Positions 53,347 to 64,000 of a DNA stretch of 64,000 nt are shown here, in pieces. The notes beneath the pieces were generated by a model that had not been told where the DNA came from, did no database searches, and was given only the letters and a program-made list of their open reading frames with translations. Position 1 is the stretch's first letter. Every line of letters starts with the position of its first letter. The stretch comes from Mayamaea pseudoterrestris (taxonomy: Eukaryota), in the NCBI GenBank assembly GCA_027923505.1, contig BROI01000012.1, positions 434,001-498,000 on the forward strand, read 5' to 3'. The translations under genes were made by a program, and so were the position numbers.

Positions 53347-55111
53347 ATGCCACCGGAAGGACGCAATCTGCAGGATCATGAGGACGATCATGGGACGCCA
53401 TCGCAAGGAATGCGTCGCGTCATCTCAGGCGCCTCTCTTTCTAGTCCAAACGATACACCCGTCAAGGAATATCGGGTTCGCAAGTCCAGTTTAATCGGGT
53501 ATGTGTAAATGTTTATTGCAGGGAAGAGTTTTGTTGCTGCTGCAGCTTTGAATCCATTCTCACTTTCGTTGCCACTTTTCTTTCCGTCGCGACAGAATGA
53601 TCAACTGGACACATGTCCTTGGCACCCATCTTCCTCATCTCATGGTACTTGGCATCCTCATTCTATTTGCTCAGCTTGTTCACCAAGTAGTTCTCAGCTT
53701 GAACCTACAGCACTTTGACCTTAAATCGATACATCAGGTTACTTTTGAAATTCGAAACCTGCTTGTTTTGTTTTACACTTCCATCATTGAAAGCTACACG
53801 TCGCTTGACTTGTTCTCGCCGGCTGTCAAAACTACTGCATTGCTCCTCTTGGTTGGAGCTTGGCTGATGCAAAGACAAAAACCAGTATATCTCATGAGTT
53901 TTGCAACCTTCAAGGCGCCCGATTTCTGGAAAGTCAGCCATGCCGACATTGTAGAGATTATGCGACGACAGCGCTGCTTTAACGAAATTTCGCTTGACTT
54001 CATGACCAAGATTTTGGAAAGATCTGGAACAGGACAAGCAACGGCATGGCCTCCCGGCATTGTCAAGTGTCTCAAGGATGAAAACACTCCTGCCGATCGC
54101 TCCATGGAAGCTTCGCGCAAAGAGGCGGAGACGATCATTTTCGACATTGTTGGAAACGCTTTGCAAAAGGCTCACGTTAAACCACGAGAGATTGACATTT
54201 TGATCATCAACTGCTCGCTATTTTCGCCTACACCTTCCCTGTGCGCCATGGTGCTCAACCACTTCAACATGCGAAGCAATGTGGTCACGTACAACCTCAG
54301 TGGCATGGGCTGCAGCGCGTCGCTCATTAGCATTGACTTGGCAAAACAGCTTCTTGCGGCACGACGAAGCGGCGCCAAGGCCTTGGTGGTGAGCACCGAA
54401 ATCTTAACGCCAAATTTTTACCATGGTAATGACCGAGGATTCCTGATTCAAAATACTCTGTTTCGGTGCGGTGGTGCTGCTATGGTTCTAAGCAACTCGT
54501 GGCTGGATGGTCGACGAGCATGGTACAAATTACTACACACGGTACGAGTTCAAGGCGCAGGCGATGCTGCCTATGAGGCAGTTTATGAAGGCGAAGACTT
54601 GAATGGACAGCAAGGTGTGAGATTGTCAAAGGATATCGTCAAAGTAGCTGGCAAGTGCATGGAGAAGAATTTTACGGTGCTTGGTCCCTCGGTGCTACCG
54701 CTGACGGAGCAAGCAAAAGTTGTTTTGGCAGTAGTGCAGAGATTCGTTCTCAAGAAGATTGCAACTGCTCTACGAGCGAACAAGATGGACACGTGGGTTG
54801 CAAAACTGCCCGTTGTCAGACCATATGTTCCGGACTTTAAGCGAGGGATTGACCATTGGTGCATTCACGCCGGTGGAAGAGCTGTCATTGATGGAATCGA
54901 AAAGAATTTGGATTTGGAGCTTTATCACACGGAACCCAGTCGCATGACGCTCTGCAATTATGGTAACACGAGCAGTTCATCGATCTGGTACGAGCTCGAA
55001 TACATCCAGGAGACTCAACGGAACCATCCGCTGATCAAGGGTGATCGGATCATGCAAGTTGCATTTGGATCCGGATTTAAATGCAACTCGGGCGTTTGGC
55101 TCAAACTCTAG
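53347..55111 (+). CDS. 3-ketoacyl-CoA synthase (FAE1/KCS-type very-long-chain fatty acid condensing enzyme); two exons
   Basis: Intron 53499-53595 is in frame. INCSLFSPTPSL, YNLSGMGCSASLI (catalytic Cys), CIHAGGRAVID, YGNTSSSSIWYEL, AFGSGFKCNS. Confidence 0.93.
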
Positions 55112-55216
55112 GCGCCCACTCGTCGATTCAATGAGCCTTAAGGACATATGTGTAATGCACCCGTATATTGACTGGTTGTGACTCTACTATATATAGCTTT
55201 ACAATATACATCGTTC

Positions 55217-57468
55217 CTATCTAAAATTGTCGTCTCGAATATTTCTGCCCGAGACAAAGGCTTGAAACTTTTCACAGGCATTGCTCAACCACTTTTCGGC
55301 CTCCTCGCGAAGATACTTGGTCGTTCCCTTGATTTCGAATATCCACGGTGCGGCAGCGCTGATGAAATCAAAATCAGAGTCTAAAGTTTTGCCAACGCCT
55401 CCCATTTGGCTCAAAGCTCGACCAACGAATGCGTATTCGGTTGGTAGCGTAAAGTATTTCATAACTTCGGCGTCATCAGTTCGAGCCAATTTCGCTGATT
55501 CTGCAGAGTCGTTAAAACTACCGGTAGGATCTTTTTTGTGTAGTCCTCTCTCCAGTTGGCGCTTTTCAATGCGTTTGCGATTTGTAGTGACTTTTCCAGT
55601 CTGCAAAGTTATGTTGTCGGTGAGCAAACATAATTGAACGTTATAGGCGTTTGGAAATGGCACCCATTTGTCGTACCTTGTAATTCTCCGCAACTTTCGC
55701 TCGGACTTTCTTCAAATCGGCACCCTCTACCAGAACGCCCATTTGTTGAAATGCTTCAATGGATCGGTCAACATCCATATCGACAATGGCATCGATGATT
55801 GTTAGTATACCATCTGCCTGAGCCTGCTTCAATGTTGCGGCTTGCCCGAAATCGTAAAAAACGAGTCGAACCCGCTTTGCAGGGGTCGTGGCGTTTAAAT
55901 TCAAAATTTCCACGCCCAGATTGCCGGGATGAGGATCTGTTGACTTTATATAAATAAAAGAATATATGACGCAGTCAGTCAAGTGTGACATACAGACACG
56001 CTGCCAATCAGATACATTCACCGAATCAACTTACAAAGAAAAGATTGCAACAAAATTGCCGTAGATAGCTGCGACCCAGCATATCCGCAAGATATTCTCG
56101 ATCGGCCATTGTAATATGTGAAGCATCCAGCTTGGCAATGTCTGTAATCTTTATAGAAGGCACGAGTTCCATCACCAGTACCTTTTCCGAGCATAGATTT
56201 GTGTAAACGTACGGGGCTCGTAGCCATGGGGCGGCGCTCGGCAAAAGCGAGCCGTCACGCGCCCTCGTCGTCAGGTTACTGGCAGGTTTGCCACCCAAAG
56301 CAATCCCAAAGTCGCGACAAAAGCGAGCACCGTTCTCCGCCTCGTCTCGATAGTCAATCTCGCGATAAAGGATCCTTTCTGCGTCGCTGAAAATGTTCGT
56401 CCAACTTTGTGAAACAGTCTCCGCGTTCTTGCGAAAGCTGGCAAACTTGTCGACCGAGGCGGCGATCTTTTTCAAAAAGGCTAAATCCTGGTCATAAATT
56501 TGTCTCAAATATGATCGCTGCAGTTTAATGGCAACTTGTTCGCCAGTCTGCTTTAATTTTGCACGATGCACTTGACCAAGCGATGCGGCTGCAATCGGCG
56601 TTGTATCAAACTCGTCAAACGTTTCGTGAAAGCTTTGCTTTGGGTCGGTTCCATTCGTGATACTTCTCCACGCATTGTACGCCAGTTCGAGCGCGTCGGC
56701 ACCCTTTTTGGAAGGAACTTGATCTTGCAGCTTTTCCAAGCTTTTGATCCACGGCTCTGGCAAAACGTCGTTCCGACAAGAGACAATCTGACCAAGCTTA
56801 ATGTATAGTGGACCGATTCGAAGTAGCCCATCAGCCAGTGTGTTTCCGCTGCATGTAAGAAGCCTTTGCTTTCGCCTTGATCCTCTTGACGATGTAGTGC
56901 AAACCTGCGCCATCAGCCAAAGCGTTGATACGCGAAGGAGCAACCAGCCCAATGCCCGCCCCCTTGAGCCTGGATGACGAGCATACCGTCCCCATTCCAG
57001 TGTCGCATCAATGGCTTGCCTTTGTTTAACGCAAATGGACTTGAAGGAGACGGATGCGATCCATATGCCGAGTAATAGTCGCGTGATGAGTTTGCAGTGT
57101 GGTTTCGCTCGCTGCAGAACCGACAATGACACCGCAGACGCAGGTTTTCCGATGATAACACAAGCTAGGATGGATATCAAAATTGGAATGAATCGCTTCC
57201 GGAAAGGACGAGTCGTTAATTGTTGTCTTTGATAGTTTTCTTGTCGACAATCTCGATCCTTCGACAGCAATGCAGGTGCAACTGCGTGTTGGACATATGA
57301 ACGCTGCAAGTCTTCCTCGTGGTTGAAGGTAGAAGCTCTTCCAGCTTTTCGTATTCTATGAAGTTCACTTGTGAATTTTAACAGCAGGGCTGGCCTTGTA
57401 AAGGCCGAGCAGTGATGCAGCGAAGCGAGTGCAAGCAGTGCAGTCAGGTTGAATCGGAATCGCCTCAT
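55217..57468 (-). CDS. ABC1/UbiB atypical kinase (ABC1K), probably plastid-targeted; three exons
   Basis: CSA-FTRP leader; GPLYIKLGQ, PIAAASLGQVHRA, VAIKLQR. Introns 55944-56034 and 55601-55676 give in-frame FFSTDPHPGN and YDFG. Confidence 0.9.
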
Positions 57469-57826
57469 CGCTGCAATTTTTGTAATCGAAACTCTTTCTC
57501 ACTGTGCCGACTATTGGAAGAAGTATGATCGCACGGTGTCTGTGAACTTCGAACCTTCTAGACCGTTAACTAATTGCTGAAGCAGCGGTTTGGTTCTGCG
57601 GCATCGGATCATGGTAAAAGCGACGCAGCGAGTGGACATGCCGCGATCGGTATTTGTCGCACTACTTCTCGCTGCGACACGAGCAATTTCGGCGATAATT
57701 CGACGACGAGAAAAAAAATGGTCGTCGCTCGTTCACTCGCAGACGCTTTCATTCAGTAGAGCCCAATACATACCTCTTGACTGTCTATACATCCTTCCTT
57801 TCTTGACTTATTTCTTGACTTATTCA

Positions 57827-58177
57827 ATGTCTTGCATCATTAATCCTCCTCGAAGGCGCCAGGCATTCGCGCCGAAGGCAGCAAACGCACCGAAGCGAAA
57901 GGCGTCACGTTGCATGGAAGACTCGGAAGTCTTTCGAACTGAATTGGCTTTTAATTTACTGCCTCGTCAGCTATTCCAGGAATTTGATGCTCCAAGCGTT
58001 GACAATGATTCCGGTTTCGACTCGCCGATTCGCGGCCCTGTGGCAACTTTCGATGGAGCTCCCATAGATGATGTAAATGATCCGACACGCTTCCTCCAGT
58101 ATTCCAGTATCGAGTCACCAGTGCGCACCCAACGCCATGTTGCAGTACCTGGCGCTCCCGTTCGCACGCGTCGTTGA
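57827..58177 (+). CDS. Small Pro/basic disordered hypothetical protein
   Basis: ATG at 57827 follows a pyrimidine-rich 5' region; an AT-rich region lies downstream; SP/PxAP motifs. Confidence 0.4.
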   Translation: MSCIINPPRRRQAFAPKAANAPKRKASRCMEDSEVFRTELAFNLLPRQLFQEFDAPSVDNDSGFDSPIRGPVATFDGAPIDDVNDPTRFLQYSSIESPVRTQRHVAVPGAPVRTRR

Positions 58178-60410
58178 AGTGAGGCGGCTGCATGGGCGGC
58201 GCATCACGATGATGAAAGCTTGGATCACACGACCCACGTCACTTTCCGGCGATGCAATTCATCTTCGAGCAATTGAAAGAGAGCCGCCAATCGGCCAATA
58301 ACAGTAGTTTCAAATGTATTTCATATTAATAGATTTTGGTTCGCATGACGCTGCATTTACTTATTGTAGCCAATCTTAGTACTCGGAATGTAGCCGCCGT
58401 TGCAAGCGATATATTACTCTGATGAACAACGGACGACGGAATAGCATTCAAAGTAGTTCTTGGAAACATTGACAGACAGCTTTGTGCAGTGCGCTTAGTT
58501 TCACCTCAACCAGACACGAATGGTTAAGTCGCAATAAGTCGACCACGCCATGTCCAACAGACTTACTACTGGCTTGCGCAGCTCGGAACGTGTCAGGTCT
58601 ACAACAACAGCAGATACCATGTCTCGTCTCTCGGATCAATGAATGACAGTTCCCGACAGGTTATGCAGCGGTCTGATCGCTCGGCCCGCACCTCTATAGT
58701 GAGCAAACTGCAGCCATTGCATGGTGTGTTTTGAGCGTATGTGCGAATGCTGTTGAGCGACTCCTGCATCATGCGAGTTGCGATCCAGGAACGCAGCGGT
58801 CGTCGTGGGAAACAATTCGTCCATCATCATGCCAACGATGTGAACTCGGTCTACCAGCAAGTATGCCATTGCGGCAAGTTCCAAGAGCACCGGTATATCA
58901 CCCCAAAGCACGCGAATAGAAACAGCACTTGCTCCACCACTGCGTAACGTCCGGTTGAAAAAATGCTGGCCACAGATGCTCCATCTCATCGACGGCAGTA
59001 TGTATGCTATGCATGAAGAGTCAATTGAATTGCGGGTGGTGGCGGACAGACATGCTTGCGCATGGCACGTGGCAGCTGCAACAGTCAATCATTCGCCACA
59101 CTACGCCAATAGATTGTCGCACGATGAGAGCTCCAATGATCCTGGCTGCTGGTAGTTCCATCCCCTACCGATATCTCGATACGAGCGCTCCATGGAGTTG
59201 ACAAGAAAGGTGGACTCGCCTTTCTGATGCTGATTGGGAAATGTCGTAAGTGGCCGGCGAGTAAGTTCGTCCAGAGGCAGACTACTCTAACTCTTTCGTC
59301 AGCGAAATACACGTCGCAATGGGTGACTTGATTACCAGTATGCAGCATCTGGACTGACTGGCCATCTCGCGCAATGCGACTCAAAAGAGTCCAAGACTTT
59401 GACCTAGGTAGTATTGGCTTCGAAGGAGGCGCGCCAATGCTAAAGAAATACCATCCAGTACCTTGGCAATATTTCGAGTCATCGATCCATTCGCAAGTGG
59501 CCGCACTGTTGTAACACTGGAATCGTTCTTCGGTGTAGCAACTCGTAGTACGTATTCGCCGGCCAGGACAGCCATGGAGTCATTATGGCTTGATGGCTTG
59601 GACGAGACGGTCGAAAGTCACTCCTTCCGTATTGAATTTTCATTGAGCCCGGAATGAGTTAATTGCTCGATAAGTGACCATTGTATAGTTTACCGAATGA
59701 AGCGCAAAAGGGAATGCCTGGTGTTGTTCTCGTTAATGTTTGATGTCGGTTGGGCGGTTATCGGCTATCGACGTTGTTTGTACGTAAGTCTCGCTCACGA
59801 GCATGCAACTCCGCCAAACCAGTCAGCGGCTATAAAATTCTTGTTCTTCCTCATGCCAACAATGAATTGCTGAACCTTATCCGCTTTATGGCGTACTTGT
59901 ATACATGATCAGCAACTTGTCGCTTAGACGTTGTGGATCTTCATGGTGCGCACGAATGACGAGTCGGATGAATGACGCACTTTTGTCGCACGGGTTTTGC
60001 AGTCCCGGACGCGCCACCCGAGCCGCCACGAGTCACACTTTCTGACGCGTGACGCGTGACAACAGCTGACTCACTCCGTTTCTGTGCAAGCGATTCGCAG
60101 CACTTGCCTCTGACTCGACAAGATGTTGCTCAGGCATGAATGAGATGAGGGGATGGAAAGTTTCGCCGACATCGGCTACTAAAGAACGATAGTGCGTCGA
60201 TTCACACGTATTCCAATGCCGATGAGGTGGATCGAACACGTTCGTCTCACTGCCTCGTGCATCATCATCACAAAAGCGTTCTCTAGTCAGCCACCAGATC
60301 AGCGCAAGCCTTTTGCATCCCCAGTGTTCCTTCATCACAATCGAAAGGCTCACAAAAACATTTCGCGCTCATCATCAACAAGTTCTTTACACTGCAACTC
60401 CAATCGCACC

Positions 60411-61613
60411 ATGAACGATCTCTTCCCCTCCAAGCCGTCTACTATTGACCTTAACAACGACGCAGCGTCTGTCGCCAGCACAACTGACAATGAATCCATG
60501 TCCACCTCCACTACTGCTTCCTGGGAGACGGAAGAACTGGTCGAACCCCATGTTGGCCACAAGACTGTCCTCGTCACCGGCGGCGCAGGTTTCATTGGCA
60601 GTCACGTTGCCGACCATTTGCTTGAGCGAGGCGACAATGTGGTCATTGTGGATGAAATGAACGACTACTACGATACAAATATCAAGGAAAACAACCTCCG
60701 ATTGCTCAAGTCCAAATATGGAAGTGACAGGCTCAAGATTTACAAGGGCGACATTTGTGATGAACAACTCATGCGCGAAATCTTTGAAACGGAGCAAATT
60801 AAATGGGTATGCCACATGGCGGCTCGCGCTGGCGTTCGCCCATCCATCCAAGACCCCTTTGTCTACATTCACTCGAATATCAAGGGAACGACGCAGCTAA
60901 TGGAACTGTCAGCGCGTCATGGAGTTGAAAATTTCGTCTTTGCCTCGAGCAGCTCCGTCTATGGCGGCTCCAAGAGTACCTACTTCTCCGAGGACGAAGT
61001 CGTCGACCACCCCGTGTCGCCCTACGCGGCCAGCAAGAAGGCGTGTGAGCTGCTTGCCTACACTTACCACCACTTGCACAAGCTGAATGTTTCGGGTCTT
61101 CGGTTCTTCACAGTTTACGGACCACGCGGCCGACCCGACATGGCACCATTCAAGTTTATTGACAGAGTCAGTCGTGGTGTTGAGATTCAGCAGTTTGGTG
61201 ACGGATCCTCCAGTCGAGACTACACCTACATTGAAGATATTGTGAATGGTGTTGTGCGGTCACTGGATCGTCCGTACCCATACCATGTCTTTAACTTGGG
61301 CAAGGGAGATGGAACGTCGCTCAAGGAGTTTATCGACTTGGTTCAAAAGTATGTTGGTAAGGAAGCAATCATCAAGCTCATGCCCGACCAACCAGGCGAT
61401 GTCCCTTACACATGCGCCGATGTATCCAAGGCGGAACGTTTATTGGGTTACCGGTCAGGTGTATCATTCGAGGAAGGCATCCGAAGGACTGTGGAGTGGT
61501 ACAAGCAAGCCTACGAAAGCAAGGAGATTGAGCAATGTCCCGAGCGACAGGCCAACGGACTCGGACGATCGGCAAGCAATGTTAACCTTCTCCCGGTGGT
61601 AACCACTCTGTGA
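60411..61613 (+). CDS. UDP-glucuronate 4-epimerase (extended SDR, GAE/CapI-like)
   Basis: LVTGGAGFIGSH, HMAARAGVRPS, ASSSSVYG, SPYAASKKACE, RFFTVYGPRGRPDMA, RDYTYIEDIV, QPGDV. Confidence 0.93.
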   Translation: MNDLFPSKPSTIDLNNDAASVASTTDNESMSTSTTASWETEELVEPHVGHKTVLVTGGAGFIGSHVADHLLERGDNVVIVDEMNDYYDTNIKENNLRLLKSKYGSDRLKIYKGDICDEQLMREIFETEQIKWVCHMAARAGVRPSIQDPFVYIHSNIKGTTQLMELSARHGVENFVFASSSSVYGGSKSTYFSEDEVVDHPVSPYAASKKACELLAYTYHHLHKLNVSGLRFFTVYGPRGRPDMAPFKFIDRVSRGVEIQQFGDGSSSRDYTYIEDIVNGVVRSLDRPYPYHVFNLGKGDGTSLKEFIDLVQKYVGKEAIIKLMPDQPGDVPYTCADVSKAERLLGYRSGVSFEEGIRRTVEWYKQAYESKEIEQCPERQANGLGRSASNVNLLPVVTTL

Positions 61614-61876
61614 TGAACACTAGTGCAACATTTGTACATAGAACAATTTTAAAAGCATTTATTGATCATTTTAATATTCAACAAACGTACTCTGTAGTTG
61701 TGCGCAATCAGCGGCGACTATTATCGACGGATCCTGCGCACATTCGCTATAGCTAGCTTGCTGTCGTACCGCGAGTGACAACGTCATCACTTCTTTGATG
61801 GCGCGCCACGCACCAAAGTGTTGAGTTGCAGCTTTTAAGAAGACTGCAATTATTCGAGGCTAAGCTCTCTGTCAAG

Positions 61877-62395
61877 ATGAAGAATCTGCATATAATAATA
61901 GTGACGCTGCTGGCGTTAGCTCCATTTCATCATGCGTGGCTGCAGCAGCAACGACATCATTCGATGGCATGTCGATCGACCCTGCCATCGCCCTTCACGC
62001 AACTCTTCTCCACTCCACGTCAACCCCGACGAGAATTACAAAAACGTCGTCGACGCAAGGAGAAACAAGAGCAAAACCGAGTAGTGTTTCAGTCCGACGA
62101 CACGGTGTGGGATTCAGGCGAGGTTCGACCATTGGTCAAGGAGTCGGCCAAGGAGAAAGGCCTCGACTACTGGATTCCCCAGGATGATCTCGTCAAGTAT
62201 CAGCAGATCGAAGAAGCCAAGCGATTGCGAGATCCCGGACAAGTGTCAAACGAAAAGCTCATGACCGAAGTGCTATCGCCTTACAAACAAAATTGGATTG
62301 GCGTCATTTCCGTCGCGATAGTCGCTATCGCCGCATTGATTAAGAACTTTCCCGAGCTACTCCTATCGCCTACAATATCAATTCCAGACTTGTAA
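61877..62395 (+). CDS. Hypothetical plastid-targeted protein with C-terminal TM helix
   Basis: Signal peptide ending HHA-WL, basic transit region, DYWI motif, QNWIGVISVAIVAIAALI. Confidence 0.7.
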   Translation: MKNLHIIIVTLLALAPFHHAWLQQQRHHSMACRSTLPSPFTQLFSTPRQPRRELQKRRRRKEKQEQNRVVFQSDDTVWDSGEVRPLVKESAKEKGLDYWIPQDDLVKYQQIEEAKRLRDPGQVSNEKLMTEVLSPYKQNWIGVISVAIVAIAALIKNFPELLLSPTISIPDL

Positions 62396-62452
62396 ACTTT
62401 ATACAGCATCAATCATTCGAATAACACACACGATAATTTACAAGTCGTGGGG

Positions 62453-63952
62453 CTAGTTTTCGTCATCGCTCGGATCAAAAATGTTGACGCAGCCAGTGGC
62501 ATCGCAAAATTTCAATTGAACTGCACCACTTTCTTCAACAGCAACAATCCTGCCAGCTGAACTACTACTAGTCTCAAGTTTGTCTCTACTTTGTCGTTTC
62601 GTAGGTGTTGCCACTTTCATATAGTCGCGCAATCTCAAGTGGCTACTGTCGTCCGCGGAGAGGGGTACATTATCGACAAAAATGCCACAATGTTCCACCT
62701 TGCCATCCGTGGATATAAGAATGCCCCTTCCGCTCCTTTTCCCGCTGGACCAGCCACCAGCGTACATGCTTCCGTCGCCATGAGTCAAGCGGCCGTAGCC
62801 GTGTCTTTGCCCTTGTCTGAAAGCGCCCGAATATACGTCTCCGTTGACGAAATACTCCTTACCCACATCTTCCTTCTCTCCGTGGCTAAAGCCACCGACG
62901 TACTTGTTGCCATCTTGGTCCGTGTAACAACCGTTACCATGAAATTTGCCATTCAAAAAATGCCCCATGTACTTTGGTCCATTCTTCCAAACAAGTTTGC
63001 CGTGTCCTTGAATTACGTTATGAACCCACTGACCGTCATACGTTTTGTTCCTCCACATTTGTACTCCAGCGCCATGACGTTTGCCGGCCTTGAAATGGCC
63101 TCGGTAGGTGGTGTGTTTGGCAACGTCTGTCAGTGTGCCATAACCTTCCTCGGCTCCATTGTCGTATTCTCCCGAGTAAACCTTGCCAGTCTTCCAAGTT
63201 TGAATGCCTCGCCCATGTTTCTTGCCATTGATAACGTCTCCATCATACGTTGATCCATCCCTCCACACCATGCAGACGCGGCCGTGCAAGTGGCCACTTT
63301 TCCAGTAGCCCGTGGCTGTCTGGAGACGCGTACGCTTCCCGTCGCTCGCGTCAAACCACTCGTGCGTCCCGCGGCCATGTCGGGAATCATTCTCCCAGGC
63401 GCCGCGATAAACTTGTATTTCATTGCTGGATGTGTCGCGCCAAACAGATTCGCCATAGCCATGTCTAAGACCATGCTCAAGGTTACCTTGATATACTTGT
63501 CCGTTGGAATACTCAATTTCTCCAACCCCATGTGGCAGATGGGTGTCGCTGTGAACAGGACCAGTGTAGAAAAAGGCGCAATTACCGTCTCGACTGGGGT
63601 AATGCTCGCGTGTGACCATTGGACCATCTCGACCGGACGGAACATTCAATGGAGACTGACGAATGCTATCCGTCGCTTGATTCATTCGTTCCTCAAGGCG
63701 AACCCGCTGTTTGTCAAGCTTGGCTCGTTGAGTAGTTAGTCGATGAAAGGGAAAGAGTTCGTACTTTGTCAAGCATGAATGTGACGGTGGAGTGAGTTCA
63801 GCATCGCCATGTCGGGAGCTGGAAGAAATGGAGATTGGCGAAATAGGAATGCTCCTGTAAACGACGCCAATGCCAACATCTGCAGACACGCTGTCGCATG
63901 ATGACGTCTCGGATGGCGGCGCCAATGGGGATCTACCGGTAGCAATGTTCAT
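62453..63952 (-). CDS. MORN-repeat protein
   Basis: Many YxGxW/FxxGxRHGxG repeats. The first ATG is at 63952, but the frame is open to the window edge. Confidence 0.9.
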   Translation of the reverse strand: MNIATGRSPLAPPSETSSCDSVSADVGIGVVYRSIPISPISISSSSRHGDAELTPPSHSCLTKYELFPFHRLTTQRAKLDKQRVRLEERMNQATDSIRQSPLNVPSGRDGPMVTREHYPSRDGNCAFFYTGPVHSDTHLPHGVGEIEYSNGQVYQGNLEHGLRHGYGESVWRDTSSNEIQVYRGAWENDSRHGRGTHEWFDASDGKRTRLQTATGYWKSGHLHGRVCMVWRDGSTYDGDVINGKKHGRGIQTWKTGKVYSGEYDNGAEEGYGTLTDVAKHTTYRGHFKAGKRHGAGVQMWRNKTYDGQWVHNVIQGHGKLVWKNGPKYMGHFLNGKFHGNGCYTDQDGNKYVGGFSHGEKEDVGKEYFVNGDVYSGAFRQGQRHGYGRLTHGDGSMYAGGWSSGKRSGRGILISTDGKVEHCGIFVDNVPLSADDSSHLRLRDYMKVATPTKRQSRDKLETSSSSAGRIVAVEESGAVQLKFCDATGCVNIFDPSDDEN

Positions 63953-64000
63953 GGCGGAAAATTGTAGGGCAAAGGTCAAACGCGTGATGACTTTCGGCAA

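Noticed and set aside
58448..59657. Cluster of short ORFs that may be a decayed gene
   Set aside because: No coherent frame or family could be reconstructed by eye.

Overview
Gene-dense eukaryotic nuclear DNA. It most likely comes from a pennate diatom or a similar photosynthetic stramenopile: introns are short GT-AG (about 74-113 nt), intergenic gaps are small, several proteins carry bipartite signal-peptide + 'AF/AW' plastid-targeting presequences, and there is a C-terminal-HSF transcription factor. About 30 protein genes are supportable. They include GH27, eIF2B-gamma, a PstS-like phosphate-binding protein, COX20-like, an SDR, a PfkB kinase/xylose-isomerase-fold fusion, a PHD protein, GH3, TDP1, Trx-UBA-ZnF-PUB, HSF, PX, GH16, P5CR-like, a thioredoxin, a NUDIX/IF-2B fusion, a methyltransferase, plastid IF3, PRP3, KCS, ABC1K, UDP-GlcA epimerase and a MORN protein. 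There is also a doubly frameshifted kinase-FHA gene. No rRNA, tRNA, CRISPR-Cas or transposase was recognised. The most unusual non-coding signals are two related 42-bp tandem arrays in opposite orientation (39121-39290 and 44921-45130), each about 100 bp upstream of a gene, and an excess of the palindrome TACCGGTA. All calls are by eye from motifs; no database searches were run.
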